DNA of 64,000 nucleotides from Felis catus (Eukaryota). Under the pieces are notes generated by a model, which worked only from the letters and a program-made list of their open reading frames with translations, made no database searches and was not told where the DNA came from. Shown here piece by piece: positions 12,995 through 25,510 of this stretch; within the stretch, counting starts at the first letter, position 1, and each line of letters starts with the position of its first letter. The stretch covers positions 218,862,001 to 218,926,000 of the forward strand of contig NC_058368.1 of the NCBI RefSeq assembly GCF_018350175.1. Direction: 5' to 3'. A program made the translations under genes and the position numbers.

Positions 12995-13160
12995 ATACTG
13001 GAATAGGTTCAGCAAGACTAACTTGACCACTGACAAGTTGCTTATAATGCTTTCTGAAGCTCAGTTTCTTTATGGATAAAATGTGTTTAATAATGACTAA
13101 TAATAATCACAAATTTTTCGCATAAGTAATAAATTATTAAACAATGCATATTAAAATACT
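12995..13160 (+). mobile_element. MIR fragment
   Basis: gacaagttgctta...tctgaagctcagtttctttatggataaaatg core-like motif. Confidence 0.55.
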
Positions 13161-13229
13161 TTTTTCCAACTTCTTCCATTGGTGATCTCCAATATATACT
13201 TCACTGCACCAATTAAGATATAACTGAAG

Positions 13230-14200
13230 AATATGTTATCAGTTAAGATTCTTTCTAGCTAGCTGGATTTTTCTGTGTCACATTTGATCTTATGTAATTG
13301 TCAGAACGAGTCAAGCATTTTGCTTAGGATTTTCTTTGCATGTGATGCTAGAATTGAAGTGTACAGATGTGGGGAAGGGAAGATGGTATTAGATAAAGGA
13401 GAGCAAAAACAAACTAAAATTCATAGAGTGAGCTGGAGCCCATGATGATGGATTGAAAGTCATGTTAGTTTTGTAGTTTTTTACCTTATTGCTGTAAGTA
13501 TCCCACAGAAGCTGGGCCCTCCACAACAGAGCTGAACATATTCACCTAACACACATATAGAAAAGTTTCAAGGAGGATCCAGAAGAAAGTGAGGCAGTTG
13601 TAAGGTCAACCCTGTCTCTTGCCAATGTGGTACACGTTCATATATTCCCAAAAATGTGAGGGCTTAAAAAATTGTTGCTTCACCTCTGCCCTCCAAATCA
13701 AGAACAAGAATCCCTCTTGTGGTCTGTTGTAACCAGAAACACAGGAAAGGGGATTCTTGGAAATGCAGTCTAACCCAGCCAAGTTGGCACATTAAAAAGC
13801 ATAGGAGTGCCAACTTGGCACTTATACATATCTCCTTAAAACATACTTCATTTCCAAATAAGATAATAAATCATCCTTCCACCTAACATCATGTAACTCT
13901 TCCCGATAACTGAAAACAAGTGACTCTTTTCCTAGAAGAGGCTGTTTACCCTCTTCTTGTCTTTGTAACATGTTCATTGTTTTCTTAGCTCCCATTTGAT
14001 ATCATGTAATTTAAATACTGAGACATTAATTATAATTAATACATCTTATACATCAAGGATATTAGAAGGATATTAGTGAACATGTACAAACATATTAATA
14101 TCAAAATAAGGATGAAAAACTCATTATAGTCCTCATGCATACACAGGTTGTCATGAGGATAGCTAACACATACAGGGCAAAAATGATTAAGATGGCAATT
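13230..14200 (-). mobile_element. ERVL-class LTR (about 13230-13803) plus adjacent 3' internal sequence
   Basis: ggattcttggaaatgcagtc...gccaagttggcacattaaaa...gtgccaacttggcac resembles the ERVL internal/LTR junction in antisense. Confidence 0.55.
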
Positions 14201-14221
14201 TGAAAATACTTGTGTACAGTA

Positions 14222-14372
14222 TATTTTATAGCTTTATTGATGTGTAACTGATATACAAAAAATACATGTTTAGTGTATACAATTTCATCATTTTTGACAT
14301 GTGTATACACCTGAACTAATATCACAACAGTCAAGGTAATAAACATATCTATCACCTCCAGGAATTTTCTTT
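14222..14372 (-). mobile_element. L1MA/MB 3' end fragment
   Basis: agctttattgatgtgtaactgatatacaaa...cacaacagtcaaggtaataaacatatctatcacctcc. Confidence 0.75.
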
Positions 14373-14968
14373 TGAGCTGATAATAATGATGGGAAAACTG
14401 TTGAAAACATTTTGATATCAGATGGGGCTATGTTTAACTGTCTTCAGTTTCTGGGACCTTCTGCCTTTAATAGCTTATTTTCACTTCTGAATAATTATCA
14501 AAAAATGTTGATTTATCTCTGAATAATTAATTACTGGAAGCTGGTTCCTCATCTAAATAGGATATTTTCATGAGATTATACCTTATTACAGCTAGCAATT
14601 TTTTTCCTGAAGCCTTTATTTTTTAATAAAAATCAATGAAACATAAATATTTATTCAAGATGGATTTACTTTATTGCAAATCAAATTGTAATATAACTAC
14701 GCTAATGATGCCAGCCTATTTTTATTGGAGTAGGGAATGAAATTATCTAAAATAATCCATGTTGTGACTATAATTATTCAAGTTATGTAAGTTAAGAAGC
14801 AACTATAAATGGGAAAAATGCAATGAAGTGTAGTCATGGCTACTGTTGTGTCCAGCAACCCTAAGAGGGAAAATAATATATTTTCTATTTCCTCATATTA
14901 GTCACATATCATCTAGGAAAGGACATATTATCTATGTTTGGTTCATGCCACACATTCACTTTGGAACA

Positions 14969-14972
<4 letters not shown>

Positions 14973-15002
<30 letters not shown>
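14973..15002. repeat. (TG)n microsatellite
   Basis: Direct reading. Confidence 0.98.
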
Positions 15003-15003
<1 letters not shown>

Positions 15004-16396
15004 TGAAACGAAGTAAAGTGGCCAGGTTTGATTCATGTGCATTTATGTGACCAGGGTGATAGTATTTTTACCAACTGGAGAAAATTTCTTAAAAACATAG
15101 AGAAAAGTTGGGCTGCTGATCAGACAAAACAATGGATACACACTCAATGTGCATCTAGGTTAAAGAGGGTTTCCTTTTTTTTTTTATCTTTTATTCATAT
15201 TCTGGTTCATACTATAATTTCCCAGAAAATATCCTTAATGTTCTGAATTATTTCTGGGAAAATTTTCATAGAAGTAAGCTAAAATCAATAGATGAGCAAT
15301 GACAGCATTCCTCTAAAATGATATTGAAAAACTGTATTTGTATAGTCTTGTTTTCTTATAAATTGTTTTAAGCCACAAGTTTTTCTCTGCCTATCTGTAT
15401 ATGTACATACCATTATGTTGTAAGAAACTACAATACTTAAAAAAAAAAACTTTATTTCATTTTTGCATTATGACAAAAATCAAAGAAAGCTCGCACATTC
15501 CCCTCTCATGAAATTTGCTTCTCAGGCAATATTTTAAGGTTTGCACCTTTTTTTGACATGCTTGAAGCCACGATCATTTAGTTTGAATATCTGTATCGAA
15601 TAACAGAAGATACTATAAAGCAGATTGTATTTTTCACACTTTTGGCTAAATATATGTAGGAATATCTTACTTCTTCCAAAAATAAATCCCATCCTTTGCC
15701 AGTATCATTAAAATTCTGTAGTGTATTACTGTTTCATGGCAATGAAGTTCATTTCAAGATTAACTACTGCATTTAAAACACTAGAAAAAGTCATGAAAAA
15801 TTTAATGCAGCCTTAAATTTTGAGCACATTTCTATAAATGAACATGGTTAAGAGCACACTGCACTTAGAAGCTGACAACACATCTTTTGTTATTTTAAAG
15901 ACATCAAATGTATTTAGATTAGTGTGTGTTCTTGTTTTAAACATAAGACTATTAAATAAGGGAGGATAAGCTAACCTTAGTTCATTTGCTATTATAAAGT
16001 CTTCTAAAAGTTACCACTATCACTAATTATTGTTGAAGCATCATTACAAACCTTCCTGTCACCTCGTATATATTTCCCTAAGGGAGACACTGTAAGAAAT
16101 GATCCATAAAAGCAGATTTAAAAGTGATGTCAACAATAGTGTATAAACCACTATAGTCGTATTTTCACAGTAAAGGCATTGAAATAAACCAGATGGTCTC
16201 TTTTCCCTTCCTGAAGGTTGAATTGAGTGCATATTTACTTTCCCTTTAATTATAACCTTCATCGTTCAGGAAAACTTTTAACCAAAAGACAAGGCACATA
16301 ATTTACATATAATTTGTCAGGACAATGCAGAAATTGAAAAAATAAAGTAGCCTAGTATTTGGGTAACAAATAGGGTTAGGCTTTGCATCTGTCACA

Positions 16397-16398
<2 letters not shown>

Positions 16399-16431
<33 letters not shown>

Positions 16432-16461
16432 GTATATGTATATACACATATATATATATAT
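16399..16461. repeat. (TA)n / (TATATG)n microsatellite
   Basis: Direct reading. Confidence 0.97.
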
Positions 16462-17397
16462 TTTTAATTTCATTGTTGTTAAAAGTTGTATATCCCTTCT
16501 TTTGCTCAGAGAATCTTGTATGACTTATTTCTGATGGTTACATACCTTCTTGGAGCCTCATTTATAAAATATATTCAAAAATTATTTAAAACACAGAGTT
16601 TCCCCGAGTATCAAATATGGTGATATGCATTAACCAAGTATATTAGATCATATTCAAAAGACTCCAAATTTTAGAAGTTGATCAATGAATAGTTGGGAAT
16701 TTAAAACTGAACATATCAACCCACAATTTGGATTGGTCATTAGCACCCCTTTGGTTTAACTACAGGATAAAGGATGCACCAGCTAGTGAATGCTAAATAT
16801 TGGAAATCTTCACTAAGCCTAATGTTGTTCTGCAGTGTGCTTCTCTTATCACAATCAATATGATAAATGAAAGCACTGATATTTACTGAGCCCTCCCGTG
16901 GTGTATGCACAATGTAATGTTTGTTTTCTTGATTTTATATATCAGGAAACAGGAATTGAGAAGGTGTGTACTTTGCCCCAAATCACTAATCCTTCCAACC
17001 TATTACAATATGTAGAGGAGAACCTCAATTATTAGATGTCAAAAACATTTTAGTAAAACTTAAACAAACATAACAATACAATTAGACAATATCTATGTAA
17101 CCAAGATGTCTGAGACAGTGTGGGCAGCAAAAGCAGTCAACATTGCATTCAGAGAGTGACACTTGAGTTTACTTCCATCAGTAATCTTAATCTCTAAGAT
17201 TCACGCAGAGGTGGAAATCTGACTGGCAGAGGGGGAATTCCTGGGAAGAGGATGGAATTTGTGAGTCCTACTCAAAGTGGAAAATCTCTCAAAGTCTTGC
17301 TCTGGAAATTGGAAGGCATATGTGTGTATGTGTATGTGTGTGTGTGTTGGAAATGAGGTGCATTCTCACTCACTATGTTCATTAAAAGGAATCCCAT

Positions 17398-17612
17398 GGG
17401 GCGCCTGGGTGGCGCAGTCGGTTAAGCGTCCGACTTCAGCCAGGTCACAATCTCGCGGTCCGTGAGTTCGAGCCCCGCGTCGGGCTCTGGGCTGATGGCT
17501 CGGAAGCTGGAGCCTGTTTCCGATTCTGTGTCTCCCTCTCTCTGCCCCTCCCCGGTTCATGCTCTGTCTCTCTCTGTCCCAAACGTTGAAAAAAAAAATA
17601 AAAAAAAAAAAA
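17398..17612 (+). mobile_element. Young felid SINE (SINEC_Fc type)
   Basis: ggggcgcctgggtggcgcagtcggttaagcgtccgacttcagccagg, CpGs intact, long A tail, perfect TSD aaaaggaatccca. Confidence 0.97.
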
Positions 17613-18141
17613 AGGAATCCCAGATCAACTAGCCAAGACTGTATTAAAATTCCTTCAATTGTCTCTTCCCCTACTGAAGTTAAGATGATAGAGAGAGAGC
17701 CATAGAATGGTAGAAGAGACCTCTGGTTAACCAAAACTAAAGGTGAAAAGAAAAAAAGAAGTAGAAGAAAAAGGAGAGAAAGAAGAAAGAGAAGGTGGAG
17801 GAGGATGAGGGGGAGGGGGAGGAGAGAAAATGATTGAGACTTTCCATGTGAAGAAATGGAAAAATGTGTCACTTTAAATAGAAAGGATGTAAACTCAGAG
17901 GGAAGGATTTTTCAATTTTATAAGGTATATAAGAAATGCCACAAGAATTATTTGTTTATCACAGCAAATTTCCAGCCCTTGAAGAATAAAGCAAGCTATT
18001 CCAGCAATAAACACATGCCAATCATAAGAAAAACGTGAAATAATTATTAATATTTATAACTCCAAAAATGAAGATATAAAAAGATTAAATATTTTCAGTT
18101 GAAAATGACATCGTTATTATGATCTAAATAAGAATATTTTT

Positions 18142-18355
18142 GGGGCACCTGGGTAGCTCAGTTGGTTGAGCTTCCGACTCCAGCTCAGGTCATGATCTCA
18201 CAGTCTGTGAGTTCAAGCCCCGCGTCGGGCTCTGTGCTGACAGCTCAGAGCCTGGAGCCTGCTTCAGATTCTGTGTCTCCCTCTCTGACCCTCCCCCGTT
18301 CATGCTCTGTCTCTGTCTCAGAAATAAATAAACATTAAAAACATTAAATAAAAAA
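18142..18355 (+). mobile_element. Can-SINE
   Basis: TSD aagaatattttt on both sides. Confidence 0.97.
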
Positions 18356-18462
18356 AGAATATTTTTCTGTGCAGACTATTAATTTAAATTAAATCCCATG
18401 AATTTTATTTTTGTAAGTAAACTAAGAAACACTGGAGAAAAGGAAAGTTATTCAAAGAAGAG

Positions 18463-18820
18463 TGCCAGGGATTGAACTGTGTTCCTCCAAAATTAATATG
18501 TTAAAGCCCTAACTTCCAATATCCTTGTATTTGGAAATAGGATGTGTTGCAGGTAATTAAGTTTAAATGAAGTCATAAGAGTGGGGCCCTAATCTGATGG
18601 GACTGTGGCTTTATAAAATGAGACAGAAAGAGCAAGAAAGTGACCATGTACAGACCAGGTAATGAGGACTCAGTAGAACTGAACTGTGCCAGAACCTTAA
18701 TTTTGGACTTTTCAGCCTCTAGAATTGTGAGAAAAAGAGCTGGTTTTTCTTGTTGTTGTTGCTTTGTTTTGTTTTGTTTTATTTTTTAGCCACCCAGTCT
18801 ATGGCATTTTGGTATGCAGT
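18463..18820 (+). mobile_element. MaLR LTR (MLT1A-like)
   Basis: gaactgtgttcctccaaaattaatatgtt...ggggccctaatctgatgggactg...ggacttttcagcctctagaattgtgag...agccacccagtctatggcatttt. Confidence 0.85.
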
Positions 18821-19064
18821 CAATATAAAGAGAAAATTGAATTCCATTCAACAAATATTTATTAGCTTATTGGATGAAGGACATTTTATGAAGTGCTGAG
18901 ACATTTGACACATTCTTCATTAAATAAAAAAAAAAAACTTATACAATTGTACCTTATCTTACCAAAGGAAAAAACAGTTAAAATAATAGAAACCTGTATA
19001 AACATATGTGTATACAAGTCCATAAACATGTGTAAATATCTAACTGTAATACACATGCATGCAA

Positions 19065-19066
<2 letters not shown>

Positions 19067-19106
<40 letters not shown>

Positions 19107-19113
19107 TGTGTGT
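19067..19113. repeat. (TG)n microsatellite
   Basis: Direct reading. Confidence 0.98.
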
Positions 19114-19481
19114 AGAAAGAGAGAAAGTGGGAGAGAGATTGAGACTCATGGGACAGATGTGAATACACATTTCTAAAGAATTAGATTATTATCTTATTAG
19201 GACCTCTGGTTAGCAATAACATATCCATGTTTCAGTAAACAATAAATCAAAAACAATTGCCTAGTTTTCCTGTTTTTCGTAGAGATGCCTCATAAAATCC
19301 AAGCCTTTTAAAACTGGAATCCACGAGGAAGAAAAATCCAAATTCAAAATATCAGTGTTCTTTAGCGAGAAAGCACTGAGAGTCCTCAGTGCACTATAAA
19401 TAGAACTGAACTCCCAAATCACACTGCAAAGAAAACACCGCTGTAGTGGAGACACTATGTCTCAGACAGAATCGCGGCAAG

Positions 19482-19506
19482 TTTCTTTTTTTCTTTTCTT
19501 TTCTTT

Positions 19507-19538
<32 letters not shown>

Positions 19539-19545
19539 TTCTTTT
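19482..19545. repeat. (TTTC)n/(TTTTC)n microsatellite
   Basis: Direct reading. Confidence 0.97.
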
Positions 19546-20103
19546 GTTCCACTAAAACCAACTGCCTAAGTTCGCAAATTCAGGCCCTTCCTTCTAAGCA
19601 AAAACAGAAGAATGGGCCATTTCCCGGGTGATTATCACAATTCAGTGCTTCACTTTTCTACAGAGCTCTCTGTCAATTATTCTTATTTAATGGAAGCAGA
19701 GATTTTTGGAAATGAACATATCTGAGTGACAGTAATTTTTCTAAAAACTGCTGAAGAAAAGTGAACCTTAAAGAGAAAAAACATATCGACTTCATGAGAC
19801 CAGAGCAGAGCCACTGCCTTGTGTGAGGTGATATGCTATCGTGCAAAACAGGGCTTTAACTCCAAAAAGAGCTTTATTTTCCAGATCACCAATACTGCAT
19901 TCATTCCATAATGAGATTTTGCATAGGGTAACATAACATTTATTTATATGCATACTTGTTTTTCTTCAGTAAATTTGTAAAATATTGCCACATGACAAGG
20001 CCATGATGATGGATGGATATATGGGCAGGAGAGATGTCTGCTGTCTTTAAGTAAGGAACTGAGGAAAAAATAATATAACATATTTGTATATGCATACATA
20101 CAG

Positions 20104-20108
<5 letters not shown>

Positions 20109-20151
<43 letters not shown>
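20109..20151. repeat. (TA)n microsatellite
   Basis: Direct reading. Confidence 0.98.
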
Positions 20152-20154
<3 letters not shown>

Positions 20155-20371
20155 TCAGGAAGGATAAATGCTATCATAAAATCATGTGAAATGATGTAGG
20201 AAACAATGAATTGGGAAGCTTATCTAAAGAAGTGATTTTTAAGGTAAAATCTGAATGAAAAATGGAGTCAATGATATTAAAATATGGAGACGGTCCACAC
20301 ATCAGAGCAGAAAAAAATAAAAAACCAAAACACCAAAAAACAGAGTCATAAAGCACAAAACAGTTTGAATA

Positions 20372-20553
20372 ACTTTAGTAAACTTTTTCTGTGTGAACCA
20401 GTTAGCAAATACTTTAGGGTTTAAGGGTCACATGTGGTCTCTGTTATATTCTTCTGGTTTCATTTAAAACTCTTTTCAAATTTAAAAATCATCCTTAGCT
20501 CATGGGCTGTACAAAAACAGCCCATAGGTTGGATTTAGCTCATGCTGACCCTC
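20372..20553. mobile_element. MER58-type hAT-Charlie MITE
   Basis: agtaaactttttctgt...cttagctcatgggctgtacaaaaacag...ggatttagctc...gctgaccc. Confidence 0.75.
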
Positions 20554-20653
20554 GAATGAGGAAAAAAAAAAAGTAGACTAACAGGGATGGGATTTAGTTG
20601 GTTAAATAACGGTGCCAAGATTCAAGGCAGTCTGATTCAAAGTTATGCTCTTA

Positions 20654-20872
20654 GGGGTGCCTGGGTGGCTCAGTCGGTTTAGGTGTCCAACTTCCCCTCA
20701 GGTCATGATCTCACGGGTTTGTGAGTTCAAGCCCTGTGTCAGGCTCTGTGCTGACAACTTGGAGCCTGCTTCAGATCCTGTGTCTCCCTCTCTCTCTCTC
20801 TGCTCCTCCCTACTCATGTTCTGTCTCTGTCTCTCTGTCTCAAAAATAAATAAATATTCAAAAAATTAAAAA
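20654..20872 (+). mobile_element. Can-SINE
   Basis: SINE head and tail; TSD about tatgctc. Confidence 0.96.
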
Positions 20873-21251
20873 TATGCTCCCAATCATTGCCCTACACTAT
20901 TTCACAACAGTAAGTATAGATATAATTCATGTGAACAGCAGAAAGGCATGAACTACAAACTCTTCCTCATAGACTCTGAAAAGCTTTCTTAGGGTTGGTG
21001 ATGCTACAGAGGATGTTTGAGGATGATGCCCCACATTTTAATCTCTTTTTTGTTAATCTGTTTTGGTCTTGAATAAATTACATCTTTTTTTTCTTTTTTT
21101 TTCTGTTGAAGTCAGTGAAATGTATATATATTCAACACTTTTTCTATGTCCAGCATTGTGCTAGGTCCCATATAATGATAATAGTAAATTTGAAGACACA
21201 GTTAAATGTTGCTAAGAGAGGTGTTATGAGGTGGCTGAGAGTAGAACTTTT

Positions 21252-21274
21252 CATTTTTTTTAATTTTTATTTTT

Positions 21275-21306
<32 letters not shown>

Positions 21307-21470
21307 AAGTGGGGGAGGAGCAGAGAGAGAGGGAGACACAGATTCTGAAGCAGGCTCCAGGCTATGAGCTGTCAGCACAGAGCTTGACGCAGGGCTCGAA
21401 CTCATGGACCACAAGATCATGACCTGAGCTGAAGTCAGACACTTAACTGACTGAGCCACCCAGGTGCCCC
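21252..21470 (-). mobile_element. Can-SINE
   Basis: Antisense SINE; TSD gagtagaacttt / gagtagaatttt. Confidence 0.97.
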
Positions 21471-21484
21471 AAGAGTAGAATTTT

Positions 21485-21620
21485 TGAAGCCAGGCTGTGC
21501 TAAGTTGAATTCCACGTTGGTAATTCTTTTAGTTGTGTGGCCTCAAGCATGTTATTACCTTACATCTCTGGTCTTGATTCCCTTTTTAAACTGTATAAAA
21601 AGTCTAAATAAAAGTAACTC
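21485..21620 (+). mobile_element. MIR fragment
   Basis: gaagccaggctgtg...agttgtgtggcctcaagcatgttattacct...ctgtataaa. Confidence 0.55.
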
Positions 21621-22039
21621 ACAAGTTCCAAGTTAAAAAAAAAAAAGCAATTCTGAAACACCAATCATAGTATAGTACATACTCTTTCCTCTTTCCCTCT
21701 TTTTTGATTTTAAAAATAATTGCTTATCTCCAACCATGTTTTGATATGGAAATATAACTGAGGGCAGAAATAAAAGTAAGCAAAGAAGTGAAAGATCCAT
21801 GATTCGGGAAGAGGAGTGAAAGAATAAAATCTCCAACAGAAACATCTCCACAGTGTGAACAGAAGTAATTTGAAAATGATGGGATAAATAAAAAAGAATC
21901 CAGAGGAACAAACATGTAAATTAATATGCTATATCTTCTCCAGGCTGGAGATCTTCACTATTTGTCTCAAAAAAGAACACCCTTGAGTTTTCTGTGGCTT
22001 AATTTTGTGGAGGGGGACAAAAGTGTAAATGTATGAATT

Positions 22040-25000
22040 ACTTTTCTGTATCTGTCATAAAACATACCACAGAAATTGAGGCTTAAAACAATCCCCCTTT
22101 ATGACCTCACAGTTTTCATGGAGCATTGGTTTAGGCACACACTCTGTGTCTCACAAGACCAAACTAGAGGTGTCATGATCAGTCAGACCCCTTTTCTGGT
22201 TTGGGAGTGTATTTTCTAGCCAGGGGAGGAAAAGAGTTGATTCATATGTGGACTGTCTTACTGTGGTATAATTTAGGGACCAAGATCACTAGACCCTTGA
22301 AGTCTAAATTTGCAGAAGGAGGAGGCACACATTCACCAAATGCGTAGCTGGGGATAATTGTGAAAAAGGTCACTTCTGTTTGCATTCCTTGCTCCCTGTA
22401 CCTTGGTATTTTAAATCTTTGGGACATGTTCCTTCTGCTGCTCAATCGGGTTTCAGCTTCTGGATAGTGAATTTTGTAACAGATCCTATAGTCATTCTCT
22501 CTCTTCTACACATACTTTGCCGTAAAGAGAGTTCTTGTACCGAGAAAATAACATGAGTGACTCACCATTAGTGAGTAAGATATTCTGTTAGCCCTCAGGG
22601 ATAGTGATGTTATCTGCAGCACTATGGGTATAAGAGACAAACGTATCAGGTTTGCCACTCCATATCAGGATAAGTGAAAATGGAAGGGGTGCTATATAAA
22701 CAATGCGCCACTGAGTGGATAGGTGGTTTCTTCTGTGGTTGGTACTAAAGTGAGAGCTTACGATCTCTGCTTTAGGCAGGTCTAAGATTTAATAACAGAA
22801 CATTAGGTCAGCTGTGTTGAGTGAAAACTCATGCCCTTGGGCTCATGCCTTGCTTTCATTTTTCAAACAATAGCACGTGTACTGAAATCTTTAAGGGCAG
22901 AGGCTGACAGTTACTGGCTAAATCAGCCTCTCCGTGTAGTTGTGAATGTGTTTTTTTTTTTTTTTCTGCAGTTAAAGTCCACTGGTGGGAATTAACATGT
23001 AACATCTTCATCGCTTGTGTCCATTGCCTTAAGTCCATTTACATTTCTTTTCCAGATCACTCTTGTGCTTGATCGTCCAAGTTTATTCCTCAGATTCCTT
23101 AAAAAATAAGCTAAGCAGTTCACAACTGTCAATGAGTCCATGACTAGTACATTATTTGAACTTATGTCTCTTGGGAGGATTTACCCTCCTTTGTATCTTT
23201 TAGCATTATCACTCCTGAATGAAGACATAGTCAACCAACCATCCATTGTCAACTAAAACTAACATACATGCTGACATATCTGTGAACCAAGCTTTGCTTT
23301 TTTCCCTTTCCCATCAACTGTTCACACAGAAACCCTAACACTACTATTTGCAAGTTGGGGGAAGGTCTTAAGTGTAGAAGAGTTAGGTGAAAGGGAATCC
23401 GGGTCACTTTTTCATGCAGCTAGCTTTTGCCCTCTACTACTGCTTAGACCCAATCAAAGACACACCACTTTTAACTTGGATGGCTGTTGATCTCAACTAA
23501 TTTTATGATCATTAGTCAAAACTATCTTATTGATGATGGGAGGTTTAGGATTCAAGTTCACTTTATGTCTAATGATCAGTTACTCTGCCTCTACCAGGAT
23601 TGACTAGCATGCCAGGAACTATATTTTCAGATAGACTATAATTCTCAACTACATATGGCACGGTAAGTAGTTAGACTTCTATTCCAGAGACAATAAATTG
23701 CATTATTTTCTATCCCAAGATACCTCTAACACTTGAGGGGTCTATTGCATCATGGGCCCAATATATCAGGATTGCTTATCCTGAACATTGTACTCATTTC
23801 AGGATCTGGTATTGTTCTGGGACCAGTTAAAAGCCAGGAGCCTTTCTCATTCCACAGTAAATGGGTTAGAACTGTATTCACACATGGAGAAAATGCTGCT
23901 AACAAAATATGATGTGGTCTACCACGTGTTGTTTGTTCTTAGTGCTAAAGGAGGGGAGGTACTGATTCTTGTCCTTTTCTTTGGAGAGGATGTCCTGGCC
24001 TGTCCTAAACCGCTGCATACTTGAAATCTTCACCAATGTAGCAATACCTTTACCCTTTTAATAGTTATGTCGCTGTAAGTACTCAGGAGTTCTTGCTATT
24101 TATTGCTAAGCAGATACAATTTAATTGATATCATAAATGTAGTGAGCCGGTATCACATTCTCAAAATGTTTTCTTTGGACTATATGGTATCATAGTGTAG
24201 AATTAAACATGTTTGTAGCAGGATCATGAATGTGCACTGCTAGTCATATTGTGTGAATGCAAACTGCTTCTTATCTTCTTTAGTGATAGGAATTGAAATA
24301 AATGAAGTACATTAGCCAGACTAATAGCTATATAGCCCTTATGGAGGCTATTACTCTACTCTATTATATGTTCTTACAGTAAGTTCTTACAGTCCAAACT
24401 TACAGTTCAGACTCAAACTTAGTTACATTTTTTTCTGGTCTACTTTCATTTGTCCTGATTCATCCCATTTTTCTATAGGTTTTATGTTGAAAATAAAATG
24501 AAGGAATAATGAGGAATGTCACCTCTATGTCTCCTCAATTTTTTTTGATGTGTATTTATTTTGAGAGAGAGTGTGTGCAAGCAGGAGAGGGGCAGAGAGA
24601 GAGGAGAGAGAATCCCATTTGGGGTCCATACTGTCAGTGTAGAGCCCAGTGTGGGGCTCGGACACACAGACTGTGAGATCATGACCTGAGATCAAGAGTC
24701 AGACACTTAACCTACTGAACTACCCAGGCGCCCACTAATGAGTGAATTATTACTTTCTATTGATGACTATCTTCAGCTTTCTGCACACACACATGCACAC
24801 ACAGCTATTCATTTTGTCTTTTAGAAGTATATTTTCTATTAGACACTTCCATAGATACTGGATGTTGATTATACTCACTACACCAATCTTGTAGCTGTTG
24901 GTTAAGTTCTGCCATTGGCCTCAGATAGTTTCACCTTCCTATCATCTACATGCTACTGGGGATTTTAGTTCTATAACATCTCCTTTTGTAAGCTGGATCT

Positions 25001-25150
25001 ACAGAAATCATTCACTACCCAACTTCTCAATGGTATTAGTTCTCCCACTGCTTCATTTGAGACTTCTGCACAGTATCACTTAACAAAGAATGGGCTACTC
25101 TGGCAGATTCATAGGTTTAGAGGATGCTGGGTCTTCATGCTTTTAAATAA
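22040..25150 (-). mobile_element. MaLR/ERVL element: partial MLT1 LTR plus about 3 kb of degenerate internal sequence
   Basis: LTR-like ataaaacataccacagaaattgaggcttaaaacaa; internal-like gggaccaagatcactagaccc...ctaaatttgcagaaggaggaggcacacattcacc. Confidence 0.55.
24539..24733 (-). mobile_element. Can-SINE
   Basis: Antisense SINE ending ...cccaggcgccc. Confidence 0.93.
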
Positions 25151-25510
25151 TTTGCTTTAATATTCTTCATAAACTTACTTCTTTTCTGTCAGGGCCCAGA
25201 CTTTGGCACAGTAGAATTCCAAAGTGAAACCTCAACCTATGTTAATGTTTGGCCCTCAATACAGGGCCAAATCCTAACTTTTGCACAATTACAGCATGCC
25301 AGGGAATATCAATAGTAACTTACCTTTAGTGAAGGTGACTTCATTTACATCTAACTGGTGAATGAGCTAAATCTATAAATCTATCTTTATAGTTTTCTTC
25401 CTAAGACCAGATCAAAGCCAACCTTAGTCTTAACTTTCATACTCATTTCTCAGAACTAAATAATCAGCTAATCCTGTCACCTTTACTTTCAAAATATATC
25501 CTGAATCTAC

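Noticed and set aside
13778..13821. Perfect 13-bp inverted repeat gccaagttggcac / gtgccaacttggc
   Set aside because: Explained as the caagttg/caacttg inverted motif at the ERVL internal-LTR junction, not an independent element.
17366..17872. 168-aa hydrophobic ORF resembling a membrane protein
   Set aside because: It is the antisense of a purine-rich low-complexity tract plus a SINE.
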